Shown: piece after piece, positions 55,045 through 64,000 of the stretch
Position numbering within the stretch: the stretch's first letter is position 1
Layout of the letters: the number at the start of each line of letters is the position of its first letter
Assembly (NCBI GenBank): GCA_021158185.1
Contig: JAGGVC010000126.1
Location: forward strand, 10,689-74,688
Direction of reading: 5' to 3'
DNA from: a bacterium
Lineage (GTDB): Bacteria > 4484-113 > JAGGVC01
DNA: 64,000 bases
Notes under the pieces: model-generated
What the model was told of the DNA's origin: nothing
The model's input: only the letters and a program-made list of their open reading frames with translations
The model's database searches: none
Position numbers and translations under genes: made by a program

Positions 55045-56397
55045 ATGAATGGTTTAAGAGCATTTTCGATTGTCATTGTTGCGCTGATGTTCCTTGCGGG
55101 ATGCAACCCGCCTCCAGCGGAGGACACTTCTGGTACGGGCGGTGCAGGAGCAGGCACTACTGGATTCATGAGCGAAGGGGACACGATCAAGATCGGAGTT
55201 AACCTGGAGCTTACTGGTGAAGTTGCGAGCTTTGGTGTTTCCTGCCTGAATGGCATAAGGCTTGCCCTTGAAGAGATTAACGAGAATGGCGTTCTTGGCA
55301 AGAAGATAACGCTTATCGAGGACGACAATAAGGGCAAGGGTACGGAAGCCGCGAGCGTTGCAAAGAAGCAGGTCGAGGTTGATAATGTTCCCTTGATGAT
55401 AGGCGCGGCTGCAAGCACAAACTCGATAGCAATAAGTCAGGTTGCCGAGGGAAAGGGTATTCCCCAGGTAACACCCGCGAGTACGCGCACCGATCTTACG
55501 GTTGATAAATACGGGAACGTGAAGAGATACGTCTTTCGAACATGCTTTACTGACGATTTTCAGGGCGACGCAATAGCCAAGTTCTGCTGGGACGAACTCG
55601 GGGCTCGTCGGATTGCGATTCTATATGACAACGGCCAGGATTATTCGAAGGGAATATACCAGCGCGTGAAAGAAACATTCACAAAGTTGGGCGGAGTAGT
55701 TGCTTCGGAGCGTACGTACGATGCCAAGGTTGACAACGATTTCAGCGCACACCTCAGCCAGATAAAGACTGCGAAATTCGATGTTCTGGTTGTCCCAGGA
55801 TACTACCAGCAGGTCGGACAGATTGCAAAGCAGGCAAGGGGACTCGGTATTGAGCAGCCGCTCGTAGGCGGGGACGGGTTTGACAGTCCTCAGTTAATTG
55901 AAGTGGGTGGTGATGCGGTTGAAGATGCATTCTTTACCACGCATTTCTCTGCGGATGATCCGAGCGAAAAGGCGCAAGCCTTCGTTTCGAAGTATAAGTC
56001 AAAGTATGGCTTAACCCCTGACGCCATGGCGGTGCTCGGCTACGATGCCATGAAGCTCTGCGCGGATGCAATCGAGAGAGCGGGATCCGCAGATCCTGAA
56101 GCGATTACAAAGGCTCTAGCGGATACGAGGAACTATCCCGCTGTTACCGGAAACATAACGATTGACGAACTCCACAATGCCGTTAAGGACATTGTTGTGA
56201 TGAAAGTGGAGAACGGCAAGTTTGTGATGCACAAACGGGTTGAGGCCGATATTCCTGAGATCGATGAAGCCTCGAATGATGAAGAACAAGTTGAAGAAAC
56301 AGTAGGTGGAGACGGGGCAGATTCCGACGGTGAAACGTCGGATGAAGATGCCGCATCAACTGCGGAAGGTCAAGGTGATACCGAGGGCAGCGAGTAA
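55045..56397 (+). CDS. livJ: Branched-chain amino acid ABC transporter substrate-binding lipoprotein (LivJ/LivK family) with an acidic C-terminal tail
   Basis: Lipobox (…MFLAGC). Type-I periplasmic-binding-fold motifs (IKIGVNLELTGEVASFG). The Asp/Glu-rich C-terminal 50 aa look disordered. Confidence 0.8.
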   Translation: MNGLRAFSIVIVALMFLAGCNPPPAEDTSGTGGAGAGTTGFMSEGDTIKIGVNLELTGEVASFGVSCLNGIRLALEEINENGVLGKKITLIEDDNKGKGTEAASVAKKQVEVDNVPLMIGAAASTNSIAISQVAEGKGIPQVTPASTRTDLTVDKYGNVKRYVFRTCFTDDFQGDAIAKFCWDELGARRIAILYDNGQDYSKGIYQRVKETFTKLGGVVASERTYDAKVDNDFSAHLSQIKTAKFDVLVVPGYYQQVGQIAKQARGLGIEQPLVGGDGFDSPQLIEVGGDAVEDAFFTTHFSADDPSEKAQAFVSKYKSKYGLTPDAMAVLGYDAMKLCADAIERAGSADPEAITKALADTRNYPAVTGNITIDELHNAVKDIVVMKVENGKFVMHKRVEADIPEIDEASNDEEQVEETVGGDGADSDGETSDEDAASTAEGQGDTEGSE

Positions 56398-56514
56398 ATA
56401 CCAGATTGTTGAGCGCGAACATCTTAGCGGAATGATGGCAGGTGCATACTCTGATATGCGTTGCGATTTTCCGGCGCCGGGGATGAAGCGCCCCTGCTTT
56501 TTCGAATGGGATAA

Positions 56515-57972
56515 ATGGCAGTGCGGATCAAGCTAATACCAACAACCAGGAAGGGGTGGCTTGCCCTTGGCAGCACGCTCGGCGTGCTGATCGTCCTGTA
56601 CGTATTTTTTACAATATTGGGCAGGCTGTATCCCGAAAACCAACTGCTTTCGGGCGGATATTTCGTTGATCTCCTTTTTAGGGGCATAGTGCTTGGCAGC
56701 GTCTATGCACTTATTGCACTCGGTTACACGATGGTTTACGGAATAATTCAGCTTATCAATTTTGCTCATGGCGAAATATATATGCTGGGTGCGTATGTCG
56801 GCTATTTCTTTCTCCGATTGTTTATTGACAAGCTCTATCTTGGTGCAGGCGTACCTCTTTGGGTTTCCTTCTTTCTGGCAATGAGCATCGCCATGGTGGT
56901 ATGTGCAGTAGCCGGCGTAATAATGGAAAAGTTCGCGTACCTCCCACTCCGCAATTCCACCCGAATAGCAGTATTGATCACTGCTGTTGGAATGTCACTT
57001 TTCCTGCAGAACCTGGGCCTCATTGCATTCACGCCGAATCCGCGGAGCTTTGCTCCTAATACTTTTGCGGTATATTCCGTACAGGTCGCAGCTTCGGACA
57101 AGTTTACTTCACCGCGTGAAATGAAGATTCAACAGGATACGAACGCCCAAGCATCCTCTCGTGGCGACGTTTATGTGCGAATAAAGGCAAGATCCCAAGC
57201 GGGAGAAAGCGAATGGAGCGCCCCTGTTTTTCTTGGAGCGGATTCGCCCAGCAGTATCGGGGAGTTTGCCGACTATCCAACCGAGAGCGAGGCTGGCATA
57301 CCTGCACCCGCCGGAATTGTGCTTAAAAGGGAGCTTTCAAGTGACAAGCTTGAAATCAGTTGGGCTGAAATTCCCAAGGTGTTCCGCGATATCAAGCCCA
57401 TCTTCGGTGAAATGCCTGTGTTCATCCCGCTTGATTTCGGAATCGGAGCCGATAGAAGCGAATCTGGTGAAGGCAGAAGGTTTGGTGTTCATGTTGCAGG
57501 CATCCATATTCTGATTCTTGCAACAACTATCGCCATGCTTGCAGCGCTCTGGTGGTTGATCAATCGAACTGATTTTGGTTTGGCTATGCGTGCGGTAAGC
57601 TTTGATAAGGAAACGACAAGGCTTATGGGTATCGACACCGACCGTGTGATAAGCCTAACTTTCGCACTGGGGAGCGCACTTGCTGCGGTTGCGGGATGTC
57701 TCGTCGGACTCTACTTGATTCGAATCGATCCTCTGATGGGTTTCTTGCCGGGAATAAAGGCGTTTGTCGCAGCAGTCGTAGGAGGGATTGGCAGCATACC
57801 GGGCGCCGCCGCCGGAGCGATGATAATGGGAGTATCCGAAACGCTCGTGAAGGGCTACATACCAGCAAAGATAAGCCCACTGTCGGATGCAGTTGCGTTT
57901 GCATTTCTGATCATCGTTCTGCTTGTAAAGCCAACGGGTCTATTCGGAAGGGCGATAAAGGAGAAGGTGTGA
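56515..57972 (+). CDS. livH: Branched-chain amino acid ABC transporter permease LivH, with a ~150-aa insertion
   Basis: LivH signature GYTMVYGIIQLINFAHGEIYMLGAY. At 485 aa it is much longer than the typical ~300 aa. The extra non-hydrophobic segment sits mid-protein. Confidence 0.8.
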   Translation: MAVRIKLIPTTRKGWLALGSTLGVLIVLYVFFTILGRLYPENQLLSGGYFVDLLFRGIVLGSVYALIALGYTMVYGIIQLINFAHGEIYMLGAYVGYFFLRLFIDKLYLGAGVPLWVSFFLAMSIAMVVCAVAGVIMEKFAYLPLRNSTRIAVLITAVGMSLFLQNLGLIAFTPNPRSFAPNTFAVYSVQVAASDKFTSPREMKIQQDTNAQASSRGDVYVRIKARSQAGESEWSAPVFLGADSPSSIGEFADYPTESEAGIPAPAGIVLKRELSSDKLEISWAEIPKVFRDIKPIFGEMPVFIPLDFGIGADRSESGEGRRFGVHVAGIHILILATTIAMLAALWWLINRTDFGLAMRAVSFDKETTRLMGIDTDRVISLTFALGSALAAVAGCLVGLYLIRIDPLMGFLPGIKAFVAAVVGGIGSIPGAAAGAMIMGVSETLVKGYIPAKISPLSDAVAFAFLIIVLLVKPTGLFGRAIKEKV

Positions 57973-58056
57973 TTGCTTTTTATTGTTGGCAGATTACGGA
58001 TGATAGGAGAGGCTAAGGAAGGTTTGCTTGAGAAGGAGAGAGGTTAGGGCAGGGGA

Positions 58057-59337
58057 ATGATAAACGAGTATATCGAGACAATCATCATTCTGATAATGAT
58101 CAACTCAATCTTCGCGCTCAGCCTCAATCTGATCATTGGATTCAACGGACAGTTTTCACTGGGGCATGCAGCCTTCCTCGCGATTGGCGCTTATGCGAGT
58201 GCCATTGTTGTTGCCGCATACAATTTCCCATTCCTGATCGGACTGTTTGTCGCTGGCGTGATGGCTGCTGTACTCGGCCTTGTTATAGGAGTACCCACGC
58301 TCAGACTGCGCGGTGATTATCTTGCAATAGCGACTCTCGGTTTCGCAGAAATCACAAAAATGGTGCTCTTGATTATGCCGGAAAAGATTTTCGGCGGGGC
58401 AACAGGAATCCCGGGCGGCGCCAAGGAGATAGATAAAGTACCCCAGTTATCGGATCTGCTGCGCATGCCGGGCGCAATCGCTCCTGAATTTGCGGGAAAG
58501 CTTCCAAGCCAATGTACCGGCGCGGCCCCTGTCAATATAAATCAGACAATGAACCTGATCTTCTGTTTCGTCTGGATTATCGCAACATTAATAGTCGTAG
58601 GTTATGGTTTTTATGCGCTTTACCGCTGGCTGAAAGGAACAGTGGAAAGACGAATATCAGGAAAGAAATGGGTGCTGTGGTCGCTGCGCCTAGTTTATTG
58701 GGGTGGACTAATCGTTCTTGCAGTAACAAACACCAAGCGGATCAACGATTCTTTCTACGGTGTTTTCGGCGTACATCGATCCCACACGTGGAACAGCTAT
58801 CTCTCTACACAGTGGACGGTGTTTCTTTTCCTGATTGTTGCCGTTCTTCTAATCACCTGGCTTTGCGTAAACTACCTGAGGAGTACATATGGAAGAGCTG
58901 TAATTGCCATTCGTGAAGACGAGATTGCCTCTACGATGCTTGGTATCGGAGAATTCAAGTTCAAACTGATGAACTTTCTTGTTGGCACGTTTTTCGCAGG
59001 AGTTGCCGGCGGCCTCCTGGCTCACTCCATTCCGTCATTCAATCCATTCGAGTTCGATCTCCTAAAAAGCGTCGATGCGCTTCTGATGGTTGTTCTCGGT
59101 GGGATGGGCAGTATCACAGGCACATTTTTCGGAGCAACCGTTCTGACGATCCTTCCCGAAGCTCTAAGGCAAAGCAAAGAGTGGCGAATGGTGATCTATT
59201 CGCTGACACTCGTGCTTCTGATGATATTCAAGCCTAAGGGATTTTTTGGCTCATCAGAGTTCAGCCCAAAAATCCCGGATTTCCTCAGGCGATTGATGGA
59301 CAATCGACGCGGGGCAAAGGGGGCTTCCGATGCTTGA
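58057..59337 (+). CDS. livM: Branched-chain amino acid ABC transporter permease LivM
   Basis: LivM-type permease motifs (…GQFSLGHAAFLAIGAY…). Confidence 0.8.
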   Translation: MINEYIETIIILIMINSIFALSLNLIIGFNGQFSLGHAAFLAIGAYASAIVVAAYNFPFLIGLFVAGVMAAVLGLVIGVPTLRLRGDYLAIATLGFAEITKMVLLIMPEKIFGGATGIPGGAKEIDKVPQLSDLLRMPGAIAPEFAGKLPSQCTGAAPVNINQTMNLIFCFVWIIATLIVVGYGFYALYRWLKGTVERRISGKKWVLWSLRLVYWGGLIVLAVTNTKRINDSFYGVFGVHRSHTWNSYLSTQWTVFLFLIVAVLLITWLCVNYLRSTYGRAVIAIREDEIASTMLGIGEFKFKLMNFLVGTFFAGVAGGLLAHSIPSFNPFEFDLLKSVDALLMVVLGGMGSITGTFFGATVLTILPEALRQSKEWRMVIYSLTLVLLMIFKPKGFFGSSEFSPKIPDFLRRLMDNRRGAKGASDA

Positions 59338-60100
59338 ACTAAGAAACGTGAGCATCATATTCGGAGGTCTTCGAGCTGTCGATCAGCTGAGCATTTCAGT
59401 TCGTGCGGGCGAGCTCAACGGCCTGATTGGTCCCAACGGTGCTGGAAAGACAACGGTGTTTAACGCTATAACTGGCGTTTATGTTCCGAATGAGGGCGAG
59501 ATATTCCTGGGCGGCACTATTTTGAATAAAATGCCCACGCATATTATATGCCGCAAGGGAATAGCCAGAACTTTCCAGAACCTTCGCTTGTTCAAGAACC
59601 TTACGGTACTTGATAATGTCAAGATTGCTCTTGACCGGAACTATCGGTACAGCCTGCTTGACGCGTTTTTAAGGACACCGAAATGCCGCCGGATCGAACG
59701 CGAGATTGAAGCAAGAGCATATTCGATTCTTGATGAGCACGGGCTTGTTTCGCATGCGAAATCGCTCGCAAAGAACCTTCCTTATGGTCTTCAGAAACAT
59801 CTCGAAATCGCACGTGCGATGGCGACAAGCCCAAAAATACTCTTGTTGGATGAACCCGCTGCAGGTCTTAACGATGCTGAAACTGAAAGCCTGATGAAGA
59901 AAATTCATAATCTCCGCGACGAGTACAAGCTTGGAATTCTGCTTATTGAGCATGATATGAAGCTTGTCATGGGGATATGTGAGACCATCACTGTTCTTGA
60001 CTACGGAAAGAAGATTGCGGAAGGAACAGCTACTGAAATCCAGAATAATCCCCGCGTAATCGAGGCCTATCTCGGAGACGAGAAGGAGGTTAAAGGCTGA
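59330..60100 (+). CDS. livG: Branched-chain amino acid ABC transporter ATP-binding protein LivG
   Basis: Walker A GPNGAGKTT, ABC signature, and LLLDEPAAGL. Confidence 0.9.
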   Translation: MLELRNVSIIFGGLRAVDQLSISVRAGELNGLIGPNGAGKTTVFNAITGVYVPNEGEIFLGGTILNKMPTHIICRKGIARTFQNLRLFKNLTVLDNVKIALDRNYRYSLLDAFLRTPKCRRIEREIEARAYSILDEHGLVSHAKSLAKNLPYGLQKHLEIARAMATSPKILLLDEPAAGLNDAETESLMKKIHNLRDEYKLGILLIEHDMKLVMGICETITVLDYGKKIAEGTATEIQNNPRVIEAYLGDEKEVKG

Positions 60101-60804
60101 TGCTTGCAGTCGAAGACCTCCATGTTAAGTACGGTGCGGTGCATGCGCTTCGCGGCGTGACACTCGATTGCCCGAGAGGGAAGATCGTCTCGCTTATCGG
60201 TGCAAACGGTGCGGGTAAGAGCACGATACTCAACACAATCATCGGACTTGTGCCAGCTCATAGCGGAAATGTAACCTATGACGATCTGGATATCACAAAC
60301 AGGAAGACACACGCTTTGGTTGCAAAGGGCATCAGCCTTGTGCCCGAAGGTCGGCGCATCTTCTTGAATCTTACTGTTGTTGAGAATCTTCTTGTAGGAG
60401 CATATTTGACGCGAGACAGGAAGGAACGGACTCGCCGACTCGGCGAAGTTTTTGCGTTATTCCCGCGCCTCAAGGAGAGGATGACGCAGATTGGCGGTAC
60501 ATTATCCGGCGGCGAGCAACAGATGCTTGCCATTGGGCGCGCAATGATGCAGAATCCGCGTCTGCTTTTGCTGGACGAGCCTTCGCTCGGCCTTGCACCT
60601 AACCTCGTCACCGACATTTTTGCGACGATAAGGAAGATTAACGAGCGCGGAACGACCATTCTGCTTGTCGAGCAGAACGCCTTCCAGGCATTAAAAATCG
60701 CTGATTATGCGCACGTTCTCGTAACAGGAACGGTTGAAATATCCGGGACTGGCGGGGAGCTTCTTGAAAACAGCGATGTAAAACGAGCTTATTTGGGCAT
60801 GTAG
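60100..60804 (+). CDS. livF: Branched-chain amino acid ABC transporter ATP-binding protein LivF
   Basis: Walker A GANGAGKST, LSGGEQQML, and LLLDEPSLGL. Confidence 0.9.
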   Translation: MLAVEDLHVKYGAVHALRGVTLDCPRGKIVSLIGANGAGKSTILNTIIGLVPAHSGNVTYDDLDITNRKTHALVAKGISLVPEGRRIFLNLTVVENLLVGAYLTRDRKERTRRLGEVFALFPRLKERMTQIGGTLSGGEQQMLAIGRAMMQNPRLLLLDEPSLGLAPNLVTDIFATIRKINERGTTILLVEQNAFQALKIADYAHVLVTGTVEISGTGGELLENSDVKRAYLGM

Positions 60805-60911
60805 CCGCTTCCCTGATGATTAACCCGTGCCCGAATACGTTATATGGTGTAAAATACCCCGCGCCGCCTTGGGATTATTTTCCCTATTCACAGATGATCA
60901 ACGGAGGAAAA

Positions 60912-61730
60912 ATGAGTTACACAGTATCAGGGAATCGAATGAAATTCACAGCGATATCGGACGGCAGCTTCGCGCTTGACGGCGGTCTGATGTATGGAAT
61001 CGTACCCAAGGTCTTCTGGCGCAAATGGCACGAAGTTGATGATCTGAACAGGATTAGGCTCGGAATGTGGTGCCTCGTGTGTGAGCATCCTGACGGGTTG
61101 ATCGTCGTTGATACAGGATGCGGCGATAAGCTTAGCGAAAAGCAGGCAAAGATATTCGATCTGGCGCGTCCGCAGGGCGACATGCTTTCCTGCTTCAAAG
61201 CGCAGGGCTTTAATCCTGAGGATGTTCGGGCTGTAGTCCTTTCCCACCTTCATTTCGATCACAGTGGAGGGGTAACTCGAATGGACGATGAGGGTTCATA
61301 TCAGCTTCAGTTTCCCAATGCGTCCGTTTACACAACCAGAACCGAATACAAGGATGCGGTAGATATCAATGAACGTACAAGGGGCAGCTATTTCCCAAAT
61401 ACGCTCAAGGGCTACGAGCCTGGTACACGCGCTTATCTTCTCGAAGAGGAAAAAGAGATTCTGCCAGGTGTGCACCTAATGCCGGCACCGGGGCACACTC
61501 GCGGGCATCAGATAGTCCTTTTCGATGATGGCGAGTTTAAACTTGCATACTGGGGTGACCTTATCCCGATGTCCACGTTTTCATATGTACCGTACATTGC
61601 GGCGATCGACAATTACCCGATGGAGACTCTCGCACAGAAGAAGGCCCTTTTATCAAGAGCAAAGGCTGAAGGATGGCATCAATTCTTCTGCCACAACATG
61701 AATAACCCATTCGGAGGGCCGCCCGAGTAA
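60912..61730 (+). CDS. MBL-fold metallo-hydrolase
   Basis: HxHxDH motif (HLHFDHSGG). A GGAGGA ribosome-binding site precedes the ATG at 60912. Confidence 0.75.
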   Translation: MSYTVSGNRMKFTAISDGSFALDGGLMYGIVPKVFWRKWHEVDDLNRIRLGMWCLVCEHPDGLIVVDTGCGDKLSEKQAKIFDLARPQGDMLSCFKAQGFNPEDVRAVVLSHLHFDHSGGVTRMDDEGSYQLQFPNASVYTTRTEYKDAVDINERTRGSYFPNTLKGYEPGTRAYLLEEEKEILPGVHLMPAPGHTRGHQIVLFDDGEFKLAYWGDLIPMSTFSYVPYIAAIDNYPMETLAQKKALLSRAKAEGWHQFFCHNMNNPFGGPPE

Positions 61731-61800
61731 TCGCGATTGAAAGTCAACAGAGATTTGACAAACTCAAGATTTTCTCAATGCAGATGAGGAGAAACGCTTG

Positions 61801-62709
61801 CTAGAAATCAATCGGGGGAGGAACGTAGAACTTATCGAAGTCAACTTGTTCGCGAGCTGCGTCTTCCTCGCCTGAAAGTGTGGGCACAGTCGAAAACAGG
61901 CAAAGAACATATACCTCTTTAGCCCCTGCACCCTTTAGAACCCGTGAGCACTCGCTTGTTGTTGATCCGGTAGTGAAAAGATCGTCGATCAACAGGACAG
62001 TTTTTCCATCAATTAGCCTTTTTCCGCGAGCGGAAACATCGAATGCTCCTTTCACATTCCTTTTGCGTTCAGATTCCGAGAGACCGATTTGTGAAGGTAT
62101 GTCCTTGATTTTTTGAAGAACATCACGTTGCCAGGGAACCTTTATTTTATCTGCGATACACTGCGCAATGAGCCTTGAGAAATTGAAATCACGCCGATTA
62201 TTGATCTTGATCTTCCGCGGCTTAAGTGAAAAAAGGCCTTGAACGCGTTTTGTGAAGGATAACGGTCGCATCACCGGAACCTCAGTTATGAGGTTGAATG
62301 AGGGTGTATCCGTTCCGAAGCTCAGCTTTCCTTTGCTTTCAACGAGCCATACATCCGCGGATGCTTCAGCCAATCTCTTTGCCAAAGCAGCTCTGTCAAC
62401 GTTAAACTTGGCCTGAAGAAAAATACTGCGCGCCTTTCCTGAGTACGCGTAAATGCTTCGCGATGCTTTGAAGCGGTAATTTTCACCGTGACAAAGGCCG
62501 CAGTCCTCGCCCGGTGAACCGCTGAGTCTCATTCGTCCGCATCTCCCGCAGGTATTCTCAAGTGGAACAAAGATGGAATTGAAGCAGGAATCACAGATAA
62601 CGTGTGGGTTTTCTATTCCGCATTCCGAGCAGTGCTGTGGAAACATCAACTCCGAATACGCTGAAAGAATAATTCGAATGATTTTAGGACGATTCATAAA
62701 TGTTTCCAA
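61801..62709 (-). CDS. comF: ComF-family protein (double zinc ribbon + phosphoribosyltransferase domain)
   Basis: N-terminal Cys pairs (CSECG…CDSC…CGRCG) and a C-terminal PRTase motif (VLLIDDLFTTGST). Confidence 0.8.
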   Translation of the reverse strand: METFMNRPKIIRIILSAYSELMFPQHCSECGIENPHVICDSCFNSIFVPLENTCGRCGRMRLSGSPGEDCGLCHGENYRFKASRSIYAYSGKARSIFLQAKFNVDRAALAKRLAEASADVWLVESKGKLSFGTDTPSFNLITEVPVMRPLSFTKRVQGLFSLKPRKIKINNRRDFNFSRLIAQCIADKIKVPWQRDVLQKIKDIPSQIGLSESERKRNVKGAFDVSARGKRLIDGKTVLLIDDLFTTGSTTSECSRVLKGAGAKEVYVLCLFSTVPTLSGEEDAAREQVDFDKFYVPPPIDF

Positions 62710-62787
62710 GTTCGCTCGATAGATTCCTCAATTGTTGGCAAAATGCCCGTCCATCCTCAACGGCAAAACGAGAAGCACTTTCGAATG

Positions 62788-63273
62788 TTATTGATGGTTA
62801 TCCGACAAACGTTTCATTAACTCGGATGTGGAAAACCCCGGAAGCAAATCGAGGATTACAACCTTCCCACCCAATGATTCAACAATATCAGCACCCACAA
62901 CATCTCCAACTGCGTAATCGCTGCCTTTGACCAGTATATCCGGCTTCACGTAGGCAATCAGTCTGTGTGGTGTATCGTCATCAAAGACTATTACGAGATC
63001 TACCGACCGAAGCTCCTCAAGGGACATTTTTCGCAGATGTTCCGGAATAAGCGGTCTCTGAGCCCCTTTAAGCCGCCGCACAGACGAATCTGAATTAAGC
63101 CCGACGACAAGTACACCGCCAAGTGCTTTTGCGCGCCTCAGAATGTCAATATGCCCGGGGTGAATGAGGTCAAAGCAGCCGTTCGTGAAGACGACTGTCT
63201 TTCCTGAATTTCGCCACTCGTCTAGTTTTGTGCGAGCATCTTCCGGAATCAACGAATCCCTCTTGTCGATCAT
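62788..63273 (-). CDS. hldC: D-glycero-beta-D-manno-heptose 1-phosphate adenylyltransferase (RfaE domain II / HldC)
   Basis: Cytidylyltransferase-fold motif VVFTNGCFDLIHPGHIDIL. Confidence 0.8.
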   Translation of the reverse strand: MIDKRDSLIPEDARTKLDEWRNSGKTVVFTNGCFDLIHPGHIDILRRAKALGGVLVVGLNSDSSVRRLKGAQRPLIPEHLRKMSLEELRSVDLVIVFDDDTPHRLIAYVKPDILVKGSDYAVGDVVGADIVESLGGKVVILDLLPGFSTSELMKRLSDNHQ

Positions 63274-63344
63274 ACCGGGTTTCCAAAATCGTTGTTCGAG
63301 TGCTTCATATTTCGTCCATATAGCCTAAATGATGTGCTTGGGCA

Positions 63345-64000
63345 TTACTCTGCCTGGAGAGGAAAATCACTTTCGAGCACACTGATGATTTCTTCTGGCG
63401 TTACCCTTGCAATGCCCGGAATGGATACCGCAGCGGCACCGGCAGCATTTGCAATGCGAGCAGCATCCGAAAGATCGAGTCCGGACGCGATGGCGAGAGT
63501 TAACGATGCAATTACGCTGTCACCGGCACCTGTGGGATCATACACGCGAACACGGTGTGATGGTATCACTTGGAGCTCGTGACCGTCCCACGTGTATATT
63601 CCTTCAGCGCCCCAAGTCATAACCGCTTGCTTTGCATCGGCGATTTGCGTCACACTCCTAGCGATATCCTCCACCGAGCAGAGCTCTCGCTCAGCTGGTG
63701 GAACGGTACTTAGGCTTTCCTTCCGATTTGGAGTCACAACGTCGCAGCCGGAATAAAAGCCCCAATTAGGCGGCTTAGGATCTACAATTACCTTAATTCC
63801 TCGCGATCGTGCGTCACTAACAAACCCCTTTGCCCAGAGCGGAATCACGCCCTTGCTGTAATCGGAAATGAGAAGTGCATCGCATCCGTCAAGCAGTGAA
63901 TGTGTAGTCACGCCGATATCGTCCGAAAAAGAGATAGCTTTCTCTTCGTCAAGACGCATGAGCTGTTGCCCCATTGAAACAAAGCGCGACTTGACAGTTG
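63345..64000 (-). CDS. hldA: D-glycero-beta-D-manno-heptose 7-phosphate kinase (RfaE domain I / HldA, PfkB family); the N-terminal part lies beyond the window end
   Basis: PfkB C-terminal signature DPTGAGDSVIASL. The reading frame stays open to the window edge. Confidence 0.7.
   Translation of the reverse strand, partial: TVKSRFVSMGQQLMRLDEEKAISFSDDIGVTTHSLLDGCDALLISDYSKGVIPLWAKGFVSDARSRGIKVIVDPKPPNWGFYSGCDVVTPNRKESLSTVPPAERELCSVEDIARSVTQIADAKQAVMTWGAEGIYTWDGHELQVIPSHRVRVYDPTGAGDSVIASLTLAIASGLDLSDAARIANAAGAAAVSIPGIARVTPEEIISVLESDFPLQAE

Overview
The window is a 64-kb chromosomal segment at roughly 50% GC, apparently from an uncultivated diderm bacterium. The diderm call rests on LPS-heptose genes (hldA/hldC), many lipoproteins and PSCyt1-type cytochrome domains. 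I found no rRNA, tRNA, CRISPR array, transposase or integrase, and about 55 protein genes are supportable.

Gene blocks, in order:
- Bases 1-3.4 kb hold a partial CoA-transferase, a TIM-barrel sugar-phosphate isomerase-like gene, an orphan LeuD-like gene and thpR.
- Bases 3.4-19 kb form a dense island of secreted or cell-surface proteins. It contains a SpoIVB-like S55 peptidase, a PKD+IPT lipoprotein, a 1342-aa FN3-IPTx5-BNR protein, an S8 subtilisin lipoprotein carrying discoidin and IPT domains, and a lipoprotein with dockerin repeats and two CxxCH PSCyt1 domains. A sugar nucleotidyltransferase gene sits inside the island.
- Next come a GGDEF diguanylate cyclase, a GT4 glycosyltransferase and an FmdB zinc ribbon gene.
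- The Firmicutes-type block remA-gmk-rpoZ-coaBC is preceded by an unrelated hypothetical gene.
- A parvulin-type PPIase is followed by a PriA-like gene that is frameshifted at a T9 tract and has degenerate ATPase motifs.
- rph, murI, a gerM-like gene and smpB come next, then a transglutaminase-like protein and a ThiF/MoeB E1-like protein.
- A seven-gene chemotaxis operon (cheA-cheR-cheD-HDOD-cheY-cheX-cheB) carries an unusual 1137-aa CheA.
- mutS, an S11 DD-carboxypeptidase, a phosphodiester glycosidase, a HAMP-PP2C phosphatase, hpf, a nitroreductase and pyrB-like follow.
- The livJHMGF operon has a large insertion in LivH.
- The window ends with an MBL hydrolase, comF and hldC, plus hldA cut by the window end.

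The points most worth follow-up are the IPT-domain surface-protein and protease island, the dockerin/PSCyt1 heme lipoprotein, the permuted-looking S55 peptidase, the dead-looking PriA, and the repeat-bearing CheA.
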